NCBI GenBank assembly: GCA_964620655.1
Contig: CAZUJW010000007.1
Location: forward strand, 1 to 53,267
From: an uncultured Christensenella sp.
GTDB lineage: Bacteria; Bacillota; Clostridia; Christensenellales; DTU072
Direction: 5' to 3'
DNA length: 53,267 bases
A program made the translations under genes and the position numbers. The notes under the pieces were generated by a model. The model was not told the origin of the DNA, searched no databases, and saw only the letters and a program-made list of their open reading frames with translations. This document shows positions 9,547-17,321 of this stretch, one piece after another. Position 1 is the first letter of the stretch, and each line of letters begins with the position of its first letter.

Positions 9547-9795
9547 ATAACAGATCATGAGTTACAAACAAGTGTACCCGCCTTAGCAGGCAGAAAACGG
9601 AAAGCAAAAGCCCAAAAAAAAATTGGAAAACGAGTACTTTTTACAAGCAGGATAAGGTTTTTGCAATCTATTTCAAAAACGATACGCTGAACAAGTCGGA
9701 AACCGACTTTTCGGAAAGGGCAACATTTGCTCGTATCCACAAGAAGAAATCGCCCTACTCTTACTAAAAATATCGGCGGACTAACGAAAAAGCAC

Positions 9796-9824
9796 TTGAC
9801 TTACGCACACAAAGCGTGTAAAAT
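9796..9824 (+). promoter_or_regulatory. sigmaA promoter for the RHH-recombinase module
   Basis: TTGACT-17-TAAAAT; the spacer contains the palindrome ACGC-N7-GCGT. Confidence 0.65.
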
Positions 9825-9871
9825 ATAGTCGTCGTATTAATACGATTATATATTCACGGAGGAATGAAAAG

Positions 9872-10162
9872 ATGGCAAAGTCAAGAAAGGAAAAAGACAA
9901 AAGATACGAAGAAAGGCACAAGGAAGAACGCAAAGCCAAAAACGTTATATGGGGAACGAGCGTTCCGAGAAAGACGGCGGAAGAAATAAACGAGTTTCTG
10001 AAAAAGTGCGGCTATACGAAGGTAGAACTTATACAGGCGGGCTACGAAGAACTGTTAGCCCGACACGATACCGCCTTTGCAAAATTAAAGGACGGCTACG
10101 ACGACTTTTTCGAGAGCGAACTTACGAAATTCGCAGAAGAAAGAAACACAAACAAAACATAA
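9872..10162 (+). CDS. Small protein, ribbon-helix-helix-like
   Basis: GGAGG RBS; a charged N-terminus is followed by a beta(VIWGTSVP)-helix-G-helix pattern. Confidence 0.6.
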   Translation: MAKSRKEKDKRYEERHKEERKAKNVIWGTSVPRKTAEEINEFLKKCGYTKVELIQAGYEELLARHDTAFAKLKDGYDDFFESELTKFAEERNTNKT

Positions 10163-10285
10163 TCCGTAAGACGAGATACTCTCGCCTTGCGGAAATCTGA
10201 GATAAGGAGGATTTTGCGGTAATGGTGAGAGAACATTACAGCCATCAGGAAAGAGAACATAGTATCCGCGCAATAAGTATGAACG

Positions 10286-10483
10286 TTGAAGCGGATACAA
10301 GAAAACACCGTTGAGGTCAATCTGTCAACGGAACACAAAGAAAAAGGCAGATTAAATCTGCCGAAAGAAAGAATACAAACAAGCGCAAAAATTTTAGCCG
10401 ATATTTTACTCGATTATGCGAGAAACGGCGGTAATATGGACGATTTAACGCCCGAGAGCGTATTCGGCAGGAGGAAGCAATGA
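10286..10483 (+). CDS. Small hypothetical protein overlapping the recombinase start
   Basis: 65-aa ORF with TTG start and weak RBS; its stop overlaps the recombinase ATG. Confidence 0.4.
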   Translation: MKRIQENTVEVNLSTEHKEKGRLNLPKERIQTSAKILADILLDYARNGGNMDDLTPESVFGRRKQ

Positions 10484-12105
10484 AAAAACGAGTAGTGATA
10501 TATGCAAGATTCAGTTCGCACAGTCAGACGGAACAGTCTATCGAAGGACAACTTCGGGAATGCTACGAGTATGCAAAAAGACAAGACCTTCTCGTTGTAG
10601 CCGAATACATAGACCGTGCGCTCACGGGGACTACGGACAAACGACCGGAATTTTTAAGAATGATTGAGGACAGTAAGAAAAAGACTTTCGACTATGTTCT
10701 TGTTTACCAACTTGATCGCTTTGCCCGTAACCGTTACGACAGCGCGAATTACAAAGCAAAGTTAAAGAAAAACGGCGTACGTGTTCTATCTGCAAAGGAA
10801 AACATAACGGAAGACGCAAGCGGAATTTTAATCGAGGGCGTGCTGGAAAGTATGGCGGAATATTATTCCGCCGAACTTTCGCAAAAGGTAAAACGCGGAA
10901 TACGCGAAAGCTACGAAAAAGGTTACTTCATCGGCGGATACGGTTTATTTGGTTATGATATCGTAGATAAAAAATGGGTAATAAACTCTTTTGAAGCAGA
11001 TATTGTCAGAGATATTTTTACAAGATACAAAAATGGCGAAAAGGCGAAAGAAATTATTGCAAGGCTGATCGGACAAGGCATTAAGACGAAAGCCGGTTCG
11101 TCGTTCAATATGAACAGTCTTGCAAGGATAATCCGCAACGAAAAATACATCGGGAAAGTAACTTCGCACGACACGGTTTACACTAACGTCATACCGCCTA
11201 TCGTGGACGAAGAACTTTTTTATGAATGCAACGCCATTATGGACAAGCATAAACATAAACCGCGCGACAGCAAGAGCGAACAGCCATATATTTTAAGCGG
11301 AAAATTGTTTTGCGGATTTTGCGGTAGTCTGATGACCGCCGAAACGGGGACAAGCCATACAGGTAAACTTCATCACTATTACAAGTGTTTCGGAAGAAAA
11401 CGCAACAAACACAGTTGTAAAAAGGCAAATTACAGACAGCAAGACCTTGAAGATCTGGTATTCGGCACGACGGTTAAATACGTTCTGCAACCCGACGTAA
11501 TTCAAACCGTTGCCGAACAGGTCGTTTCAAAATTCAATTCGGAGATAACAAAGACCGCAACGCTTGAAAATCTCGAAAACGAGTTGAAAGCCAAAGAAAA
11601 AGCGATAAATGCACTGCTTGCCGCCATAGAACAAGGCATAGTGACTAAATCCACCAAAGAACGACTGATTTCTCTCGAAACGCAAAAAGAGGAATTAGAG
11701 AGCAAAATTTCTCTTGAAAAGGCTCGGCAGATAAAACCGCTCGAAGTGGACAGAGTAAAAGCGTTTTTAACCTATTTTGCCCGTAAAAAGTATGAAAACG
11801 GGCAAGAAAAAAACGAGTTTTTCAACTCGTTCATAAACCGTGTTATTTTGTATGACGACAAAATTTTAATCTTTTACAACACCGACGATAATCACCCGAC
11901 GGTAATTAAGAGGAAAGACACGGAAGAATTTATTTCGCACTTTAATGACATAGCGAGCAACTGCAAAACCGCAACAAACGACTGTCCGAACACAACGGGA
12001 AACAACAGCCCCATCGTACAAAAGGAAAACTCGCTTGAACCTCAATGGTTCAAACGAGTTTCACTTGGCGGAGCCGAAGGGATTCGAACCCTTGTGCCAA
12101 GTTAA
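10480..12105 (+). CDS. Large serine recombinase (integrase)
   Basis: YARFSS catalytic Ser, SIEGQ, LDRFARN, recombinase domain, LSGKLFCGFCG..YYKC zinc ribbon and coiled coil. The last ~13 codons are read from the tRNA antisense strand. Confidence 0.95.
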   Translation: MKKRVVIYARFSSHSQTEQSIEGQLRECYEYAKRQDLLVVAEYIDRALTGTTDKRPEFLRMIEDSKKKTFDYVLVYQLDRFARNRYDSANYKAKLKKNGVRVLSAKENITEDASGILIEGVLESMAEYYSAELSQKVKRGIRESYEKGYFIGGYGLFGYDIVDKKWVINSFEADIVRDIFTRYKNGEKAKEIIARLIGQGIKTKAGSSFNMNSLARIIRNEKYIGKVTSHDTVYTNVIPPIVDEELFYECNAIMDKHKHKPRDSKSEQPYILSGKLFCGFCGSLMTAETGTSHTGKLHHYYKCFGRKRNKHSCKKANYRQQDLEDLVFGTTVKYVLQPDVIQTVAEQVVSKFNSEITKTATLENLENELKAKEKAINALLAAIEQGIVTKSTKERLISLETQKEELESKISLEKARQIKPLEVDRVKAFLTYFARKKYENGQEKNEFFNSFINRVILYDDKILIFYNTDDNHPTVIKRKDTEEFISHFNDIASNCKTATNDCPNTTGNNSPIVQKENSLEPQWFKRVSLGGAEGIRTLVPS

Positions 12106-12156
12106 TGGCTAACGCATTTCGAGTGCGCCCCGTTATGACCACTTCGATACAGCTCC
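12066..12156 (-). tRNA. tRNA-Ser(CGA)
   Basis: Reverse complement GGAGCTG..GCGCA-CTCGAAA-TGCGT, long variable arm, AAGGG-TTCGAAT-CCCTT, CGGCTCC-GCCA. Confidence 0.97.
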
Positions 12157-12488
12157 ATGTGTTTGAGATTAAGTTGTTTTGTTGTTAGCCATTGCAAGCT
12201 AACGCATTCGCGGGCAATACCGACTTCAGTCGATAGAGGAACAAGGTAAGGAGTTCGCCCGCCAGATTGCTACGCAATTAGCGAGTTACTGCCCCGTTAT
12301 GACCACTTCGATACAGCTCCATGTGTTTGAGATTAAGTTGTTTTGTTGTTAGCCATTGCAAGCTAACGCATTCGCGGGCAATACCGACTTCAGTCGATAG
12401 AGGAACAAGGTAAGGAGTTCGCCCGCCAGATTGCTACGCAATTAGCGAGTTACTGCCCCGTTATGACCACTTCGATACAGCTCCATGT
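12127..12488 (-). repeat. Tandem 164-bp units containing the tRNA-Ser 5' half (2 full units plus a third 34-bp copy)
   Basis: A 34-bp block (tRNA nt 1-30 plus 4 upstream nt) occurs at 12127, 12291 and 12455; the two 130-bp spacers are identical by eye. Confidence 0.95.
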
Positions 12489-12531
12489 ATGTTGTTCGAT
12501 TTAATATATTGCAATCAAATCCACGCCGATA

Positions 12532-12560
12532 AGTATACTACACTTTTTATCTTTTTACAA
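12532..12560 (-). promoter_or_regulatory. sigmaA promoter driving the repeat units and tRNA-Ser
   Basis: Minus strand TTGTAA-17-TATACT. Confidence 0.7.
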
Positions 12561-12619
12561 CTCATTGAAAAAAATTTTTCCATATGTTACAATATTTTGG
12601 TTATCGGAAATAATTTTCG

Positions 12620-13429
12620 ATGAAAAAATTTTTACAAACGGAGAATTTAATGAATTATCAAGCGGTATTTTGGGACTGGAACGGAACTCTTCTGGATGAC
12701 ACTCAGGCTAATATCGACGCGGTGAACGTTTCTTTGGCAAAAAGGAACTTGCCTTTTCTTACAAACGAGTTTCACGCCGAGCATTTTGCTTTCCCGATAC
12801 AGAACTATTACGAAGCGATAGGGTTCGATTTTACGAAAGAGTCGTACGCGGACTTAGCCGACGAATTCATAAACAACTATCTTGCGCAGGAGTACGGTTT
12901 GCGTAAAAACGCCAAAAAAACGCTGGAAAAACTTTTTCTCAATTCCGTAAAGCAATATATTCTCAGCGCGTGCGAGAAAAATATTCTGTTCGAAGCGTTG
13001 GACAAATACGGACTTAATTGTTTCTTTACCGATATTATCGCATTGGACAACGTACACGCGGTAAGCAAAATCGAAGCGGGCAAGGCGTATCTTGCCGAGC
13101 ATCGTCCCGACGGTAAAATTCTTATGGTGGGCGACACGCATCACGACATAGAAGTGGCGACCGCTCTCGGTATGGATTGCGTACTCGTCCGCAGCGGCAA
13201 CCTCTCCGAACGCAGGCTGCAAGAAACCGGCGTAAAAGTCGTCGACGATATTTACGACGTCGTCGATATAGTTTTGGGAACGAAAAAAGGCAAACGCACC
13301 GATTTTTTAACCCCCGAAAAAGCGGAAAGACGGTCGTTCAACCTTGAAGAAACCAACAGAAAATTTTCGGAAAAGTATCACGATTTTTACGACGACGTGA
13401 AAAACACGAATAAAACGGAAGATTGGTGA
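12620..13429 (+). CDS. HAD-family hydrolase (phosphoglycolate phosphatase-like)
   Basis: FWDWNGTLLDD motif I, ILSA motif II, MVGDTHHD motif IV. Confidence 0.9.
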   Translation: MKKFLQTENLMNYQAVFWDWNGTLLDDTQANIDAVNVSLAKRNLPFLTNEFHAEHFAFPIQNYYEAIGFDFTKESYADLADEFINNYLAQEYGLRKNAKKTLEKLFLNSVKQYILSACEKNILFEALDKYGLNCFFTDIIALDNVHAVSKIEAGKAYLAEHRPDGKILMVGDTHHDIEVATALGMDCVLVRSGNLSERRLQETGVKVVDDIYDVVDIVLGTKKGKRTDFLTPEKAERRSFNLEETNRKFSEKYHDFYDDVKNTNKTEDW

Positions 13430-14262
13430 TGAAAAAATCGGCGAAAACGCTAATAACCATAGCCGTTTTGACAGCCTTAATCGGCATAGCGACAGGAGCG
13501 TATTTTATAACCGTGGAAACAACGAGCAAAAAGTTTAATTTAATTGAAATTTCTACCGACGGAGTACCCGAAAAAAACGAAGACAGCCTTTTCGACGGGT
13601 TCGTGCAACTGTCGGAAGTCAATATGCACTACGTCGCGATAGGCGACGGATACCCGCTTATTCTCGTACACGGCAACGGCGGCAGTTACGAAAATCTCGA
13701 GGATCTCGGTCGATATCTTGCCACGGAGTACAAAGTATATATGGTGGACAGTCGTTGCCACGGGCAAAGCACGGTTACCGATAAAATAAGTTACGAACTT
13801 ATGGCGAGCGACCTTAAAGAATTTATTGCCTCTCTCGGCATAGAAAAACCCGTCGTCATAGGGCACAGCGACGGTGGAATAAACGCTCTCGTAGCCGCGA
13901 TAAACTACCCCGATTTGTTAAAAGGCATCGTTTGTTTCGGCGCGAACACCAACCCGAAAGAACTGAAACTTTATTTCCGTATATGGACGAGAATATCTAA
14001 TCTTTTCAAAAAGAATATCCTTAACGACCTTATGCTGAACGAGCCGGATATAACGAAAGAACAGTTGCAGTCAATAAAAATTCCCGCGTATATTCTTGCT
14101 GGAGAATACGATATGGTATCGTTGAAAGACACCGTATTTATGGCTAATAATATAAAGTTTTCCCGCACCGCGATAATAAAAGGAGAAGGTCATTCTTCCT
14201 ACGTTTACGACGGAAAAAAGTCGTATAATTTAGTAAACGATTTTCTGAAAGATATATTGTGA
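13423..14262 (+). CDS. Alpha/beta hydrolase with N-terminal signal/anchor
   Basis: LVHGNGG, DSRCHG, GHSDGG nucleophile elbow, GEYD, GEGH. Confidence 0.9.
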   Translation: MVMKKSAKTLITIAVLTALIGIATGAYFITVETTSKKFNLIEISTDGVPEKNEDSLFDGFVQLSEVNMHYVAIGDGYPLILVHGNGGSYENLEDLGRYLATEYKVYMVDSRCHGQSTVTDKISYELMASDLKEFIASLGIEKPVVIGHSDGGINALVAAINYPDLLKGIVCFGANTNPKELKLYFRIWTRISNLFKKNILNDLMLNEPDITKEQLQSIKIPAYILAGEYDMVSLKDTVFMANNIKFSRTAIIKGEGHSSYVYDGKKSYNLVNDFLKDIL

Positions 14263-14294
14263 TAAGTCTTGAAAACCACGGAAACGAGCTATTA

Positions 14295-14660
14295 AGAACC
14301 GTCGAAAACCGAAAACAACCACTCATCATCCTTGAATATTGCGAACGAACCGGCGGAACGTCTCCACATCATCCTGCCTTGCCGAAGATCCCCGGCGAAG
14401 CGAAATTAAAATGCGGCTTACGCTTATATGTTTCTGTACTCAGCATCACGACTAATGTATGATTAAGGCGGTACAGTTCCAAGCCCCCTTAATGAAACAC
14501 TTTACCGTATGATGTTCCTCCCGTTATCAAAGCTAAACAAAGTTACGCTTTCACGACGAACAAAGTACTTAAATAAACTCTAATAAAAAGTGCTTTATAA
14601 ATGGTTTAAGTTAATAATATAGTCCGGTTCGCTCGTTGAGCACGGTCGGTTTGCCGAGAA
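14295..14660. ncRNA. Candidate structured ncRNA (possibly 6S-like on the minus strand)
   Basis: GC-enriched intergenic region without a credible ORF, with nested complementary segments (CGTCG/CGACG, GGCGGAA/TTCCTCC, ACATCAT/ATGATGT, TGTTTC/GAAACA, CTGTAC/GTACAG). Confidence 0.35.
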
Positions 14661-14662
14661 CC

Positions 14663-15220
14663 CTATTCTTCTTGAAAAACATAGTAACTTATCAAGTTAA
14701 AAACTATCAGTTCCTTTTTATTCTCATCGATGTAAACGTAACTGCTAGTTTTATCCCACGGATCATCGTAAAAATTGTATTGCTTTATTCCGTCAACCGT
14801 TTTTTTGTAAAAAATCAAACCTTCCGTTTGCAGCGTTCCCGAACTAAACAATCCGGTATAAGGAGAAACATCCGCTCCTTCGTATTTATACGTTCCGTCA
14901 CCATAATCGTCAAACTCTATTAAAAAATAAGAACCGTTTCCGGCACCATCTCCTCTATATACGTATTTTTTTACATTTTTTGTTGCACCACTTCCGGTAG
15001 TAGTACACATAACTACAATTAACGGAATTATCAAAATTAAAACAAGTGTGCTAATCGTTATTATTAATCCTTTTTTCTTTTTACTTTCCGTTTCGTTGAC
15101 GTTCGATACTACCGTTTCTTTTGCTTCAGAGGTGTCAGTGTTATCCAGTGCGGTTCCACAATTTGCACAAAACTTATTTGCGTCTTCGTTCATAAATCCA
15201 CATTTCTTACAGCTTTTCAT
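14663..15220 (-). CDS. Zinc-ribbon domain membrane protein
   Basis: CKKCG..FCANCG zinc ribbon, one transmembrane helix, then an extracytoplasmic domain. Confidence 0.8.
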   Translation of the reverse strand: MKSCKKCGFMNEDANKFCANCGTALDNTDTSEAKETVVSNVNETESKKKKGLIITISTLVLILIIPLIVVMCTTTGSGATKNVKKYVYRGDGAGNGSYFLIEFDDYGDGTYKYEGADVSPYTGLFSSGTLQTEGLIFYKKTVDGIKQYNFYDDPWDKTSSYVYIDENKKELIVFNLISYYVFQEE

Positions 15221-15404
15221 AAAAATCTCCTTTTTATTTTACAATATCAAATCATCTGTCCGTTTTATGGGATAAATGGAAGGACTAAAGGCAAATGGTT
15301 TACAAAATTTTCAAATACCGTCTTGTTTTTTTCTATTATCACCTATACTGTAAAATATGGACTTGTTAACAACAAAATTTCGTCCGCATAATAAGGAGTA
15401 ACTA

Positions 15405-16220
15405 ATGATAGAAAAATTTTATACGCATGATTTTGATGAAGAATTTAAAAGTATAGAAATAGAGATGGATTCCGATAAAATCTATTTCTATAAAATACAC
15501 GAGGAATTAATGCCGTTTGTCGGGACGGATTATAAGAATTCGGACATAAAGGTTTTGTTTGTAGGAGAAAGTCATTACGTTGATAATAATTGGCACATGA
15601 ATGAGAAAAATTGGAGAAGTTATGATATAGGGAAATGGGTAAAACCCGATTGGCAAGAGATATTTAAACCTTTTAGTTATGACAAAGAAGGAAATCAATT
15701 AGAAACCAAAGATGAAAATTTTACGAGTTGGTTTAACACAAGAATGCATGCAAATAGAGTCGGAAATCCTACCGCTTCGGAAAAAGCTCTTAAAAATCTA
15801 ATAAAGAGACCTTTGGGGGTTTTAAATCAAACCTTTGGATTTACATTCGGAATAAAAAACATAGCATTTTTTAATTTCTTCCAATATCCAAGTCTCTGTA
15901 ACGGTCAAACCATCCGAAATTCTATCAACAATAAAACGTGGGAAGAATTATTTGCATTTTCATTAGAGCTCGTAGCACGTGCCGTGGAAATCATTAAACC
16001 TGATATTATTATTTTATTAAGCGCCGATCTTTATGACAAGAAAGATGCAATAAAAAGCAGAATATCAGAAATATCCGACCCAGGTGTGGCTATTTGCGCT
16101 ACTTATCATGCGGGAGATAATAGGGTTTGGTATCATAAATATAAAAAACTTAATGATAAAAAGCCCGGCGACTATTTAGCCGACGAACTACAAAAAGCCT
16201 TGCAAGGTTTAAAAAAATAA
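15405..16220 (+). CDS. Hypothetical protein, uracil-DNA-glycosylase-superfamily-like
   Basis: PFVG..Y..KVLFVGESHY, FFNFFQYP, IKPDIIILL, YH motifs; AAGGAG RBS. Confidence 0.6.
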   Translation: MIEKFYTHDFDEEFKSIEIEMDSDKIYFYKIHEELMPFVGTDYKNSDIKVLFVGESHYVDNNWHMNEKNWRSYDIGKWVKPDWQEIFKPFSYDKEGNQLETKDENFTSWFNTRMHANRVGNPTASEKALKNLIKRPLGVLNQTFGFTFGIKNIAFFNFFQYPSLCNGQTIRNSINNKTWEELFAFSLELVARAVEIIKPDIIILLSADLYDKKDAIKSRISEISDPGVAICATYHAGDNRVWYHKYKKLNDKKPGDYLADELQKALQGLKK

Positions 16221-16250
16221 AGTATAAATGAAACGTATTCCTTTGCTAAA

Positions 16251-16315
16251 GTGGAGAGGCAATCTGCTGGGTGGAGAGACAATCTGCTGTGTGTGGAGAG
16301 ACAATCTGCTGTGGA
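16251..16315. repeat. ~20-bp tandem repeat GTGGAGAG(A/G)CAATCTGCT x3
   Basis: Copies at 16251, 16271 and 16293, plus a partial GTGGA at 16311. Confidence 0.9.
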
Positions 16316-16406
16316 CATTCCATCCGATGAACGTTTTATGCTACAATATATGATAGCATAAAAATGGTGGATGGAATGCCACTATAAAAGGTTGATTGGA
16401 TGATAT

Positions 16407-17198
16407 ATGATAGCTGAAAATTATAGACAAAAAGCCGACGAACTCAATACTCAATGGAAACGAGAAAAAGATGAGGAGCCAATATATAAATCGAGTGAAA
16501 ACTCGCAAGCGAACAATTTCATTTTTGACGGAATAGCGAACCCGAACGAATGGTATAAACAAGATATCCGCCCTCTCTTTATCCTAAAAGAAGCTTATAA
16601 TAAATCTACAAGCGATGACGAATGGAATGAAATAGATTTTTTCTTATCAGATACTATCTCACTCCCGGGCAGACCAACAGGAGAAATTGCTTCAAAATAT
16701 AAAACGTGGCGTGTCTTATGCTGTTGGGCATCATATATTTTCAGTCAAAATTATGATACACAAATAACGTGGGAAAACGAACACCTCAGGAAAATCGCTC
16801 TTATAAATATAAAAAAATACGGAGGACAGAATCCGTCGAATGATAAAGATTTAGAAAATCATGCAAAAAAGCACGCAAACTTAATCGTAGACCAAATCAA
16901 ACTTATTAAACCTACGATTATTATATGTGGTTATACCGGTTGGCTAATGGATATCGTTTGGGAAAAGATATTCAAAGAGAAAGTACGCAAAAACAAAAAA
17001 AACGGTAGAGTATACGATATCGTCATCCCCGAACAAGAGGAAATACGGCTGATTGATTTTTGGCATCCTGCCTCGCCAAAATCTCACAGAGATGATTTTA
17101 TAGCCGATATCGATGCAGCAATGGGATGGTTACCTTCCCCTTATATGCACAGTAACGAAGAACCACGAAACGAGTGTGAACTCAACGAATGTAAATAA
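16407..17198 (+). CDS. Hypothetical protein, uracil-DNA-glycosylase-superfamily-like
   Basis: F.FDGI, PLFILKEAY, ALINIKK.GG, QIKLIKP.IIICG, FWHPA motifs. Confidence 0.6.
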   Translation: MIAENYRQKADELNTQWKREKDEEPIYKSSENSQANNFIFDGIANPNEWYKQDIRPLFILKEAYNKSTSDDEWNEIDFFLSDTISLPGRPTGEIASKYKTWRVLCCWASYIFSQNYDTQITWENEHLRKIALINIKKYGGQNPSNDKDLENHAKKHANLIVDQIKLIKPTIIICGYTGWLMDIVWEKIFKEKVRKNKKNGRVYDIVIPEQEEIRLIDFWHPASPKSHRDDFIADIDAAMGWLPSPYMHSNEEPRNECELNECK

Positions 17199-17321
17199 CA
17201 AAATAACAAAATAGAGCTTACTAATCCGAAACATAAAACATATCACTGTTTTATTGCGACTTTTTTGGTATAATAAATATGTTATTATTATAGTAATCTT
17301 AGTTGTTACGGCGGAGGTATA

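Larger units (their letters stand above)
161..12071 (+). mobile_element. Serine-recombinase integrative element (defence islet) inserted at the tRNA-Ser(CGA) 3' end
   Basis: Direct repeat CTTGGCGG at 161-168 and 12064-12071, the latter overlapping the tRNA CCA end. The reconstructed attP has inverted arms TTCAA..TTTCAC / GTGAAA..TTGAA centred on the core GG. The large serine recombinase abuts attR. Confidence 0.75.

Noticed and set aside
9557-9784. Stop-codon read-through ORF (MSYKQVYPP*QAENG...*GFCN...)
   Set aside because: It has two different in-frame stops (TAG, TAA) and no recoding machinery in view; at best a decayed pseudogene.
12127-12488. CRISPR array (34-bp repeats with spacers)
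   Set aside because: The repeats are the tRNA 5' end, the spacers are 130 bp and identical, and there are no cas genes.
12198-12488. Additional functional tRNA-Ser genes or spliceable tRNA introns
   Set aside because: The units lack the T arm, 3' acceptor strand and anticodon. The insert is far shorter than a group I intron and no downstream exon exists within a unit.
14260-14660. tmRNA, RNase P or SRP RNA
   Set aside because: No GGGG..TTCGA 5' end paired with a T-arm/CCA 3' end, no GAGGAAAGTCC, and no TCAGGTCCGGAAGGAAGCAGC. The AKQSYAF-like peptide does not end in a tag-like stop.
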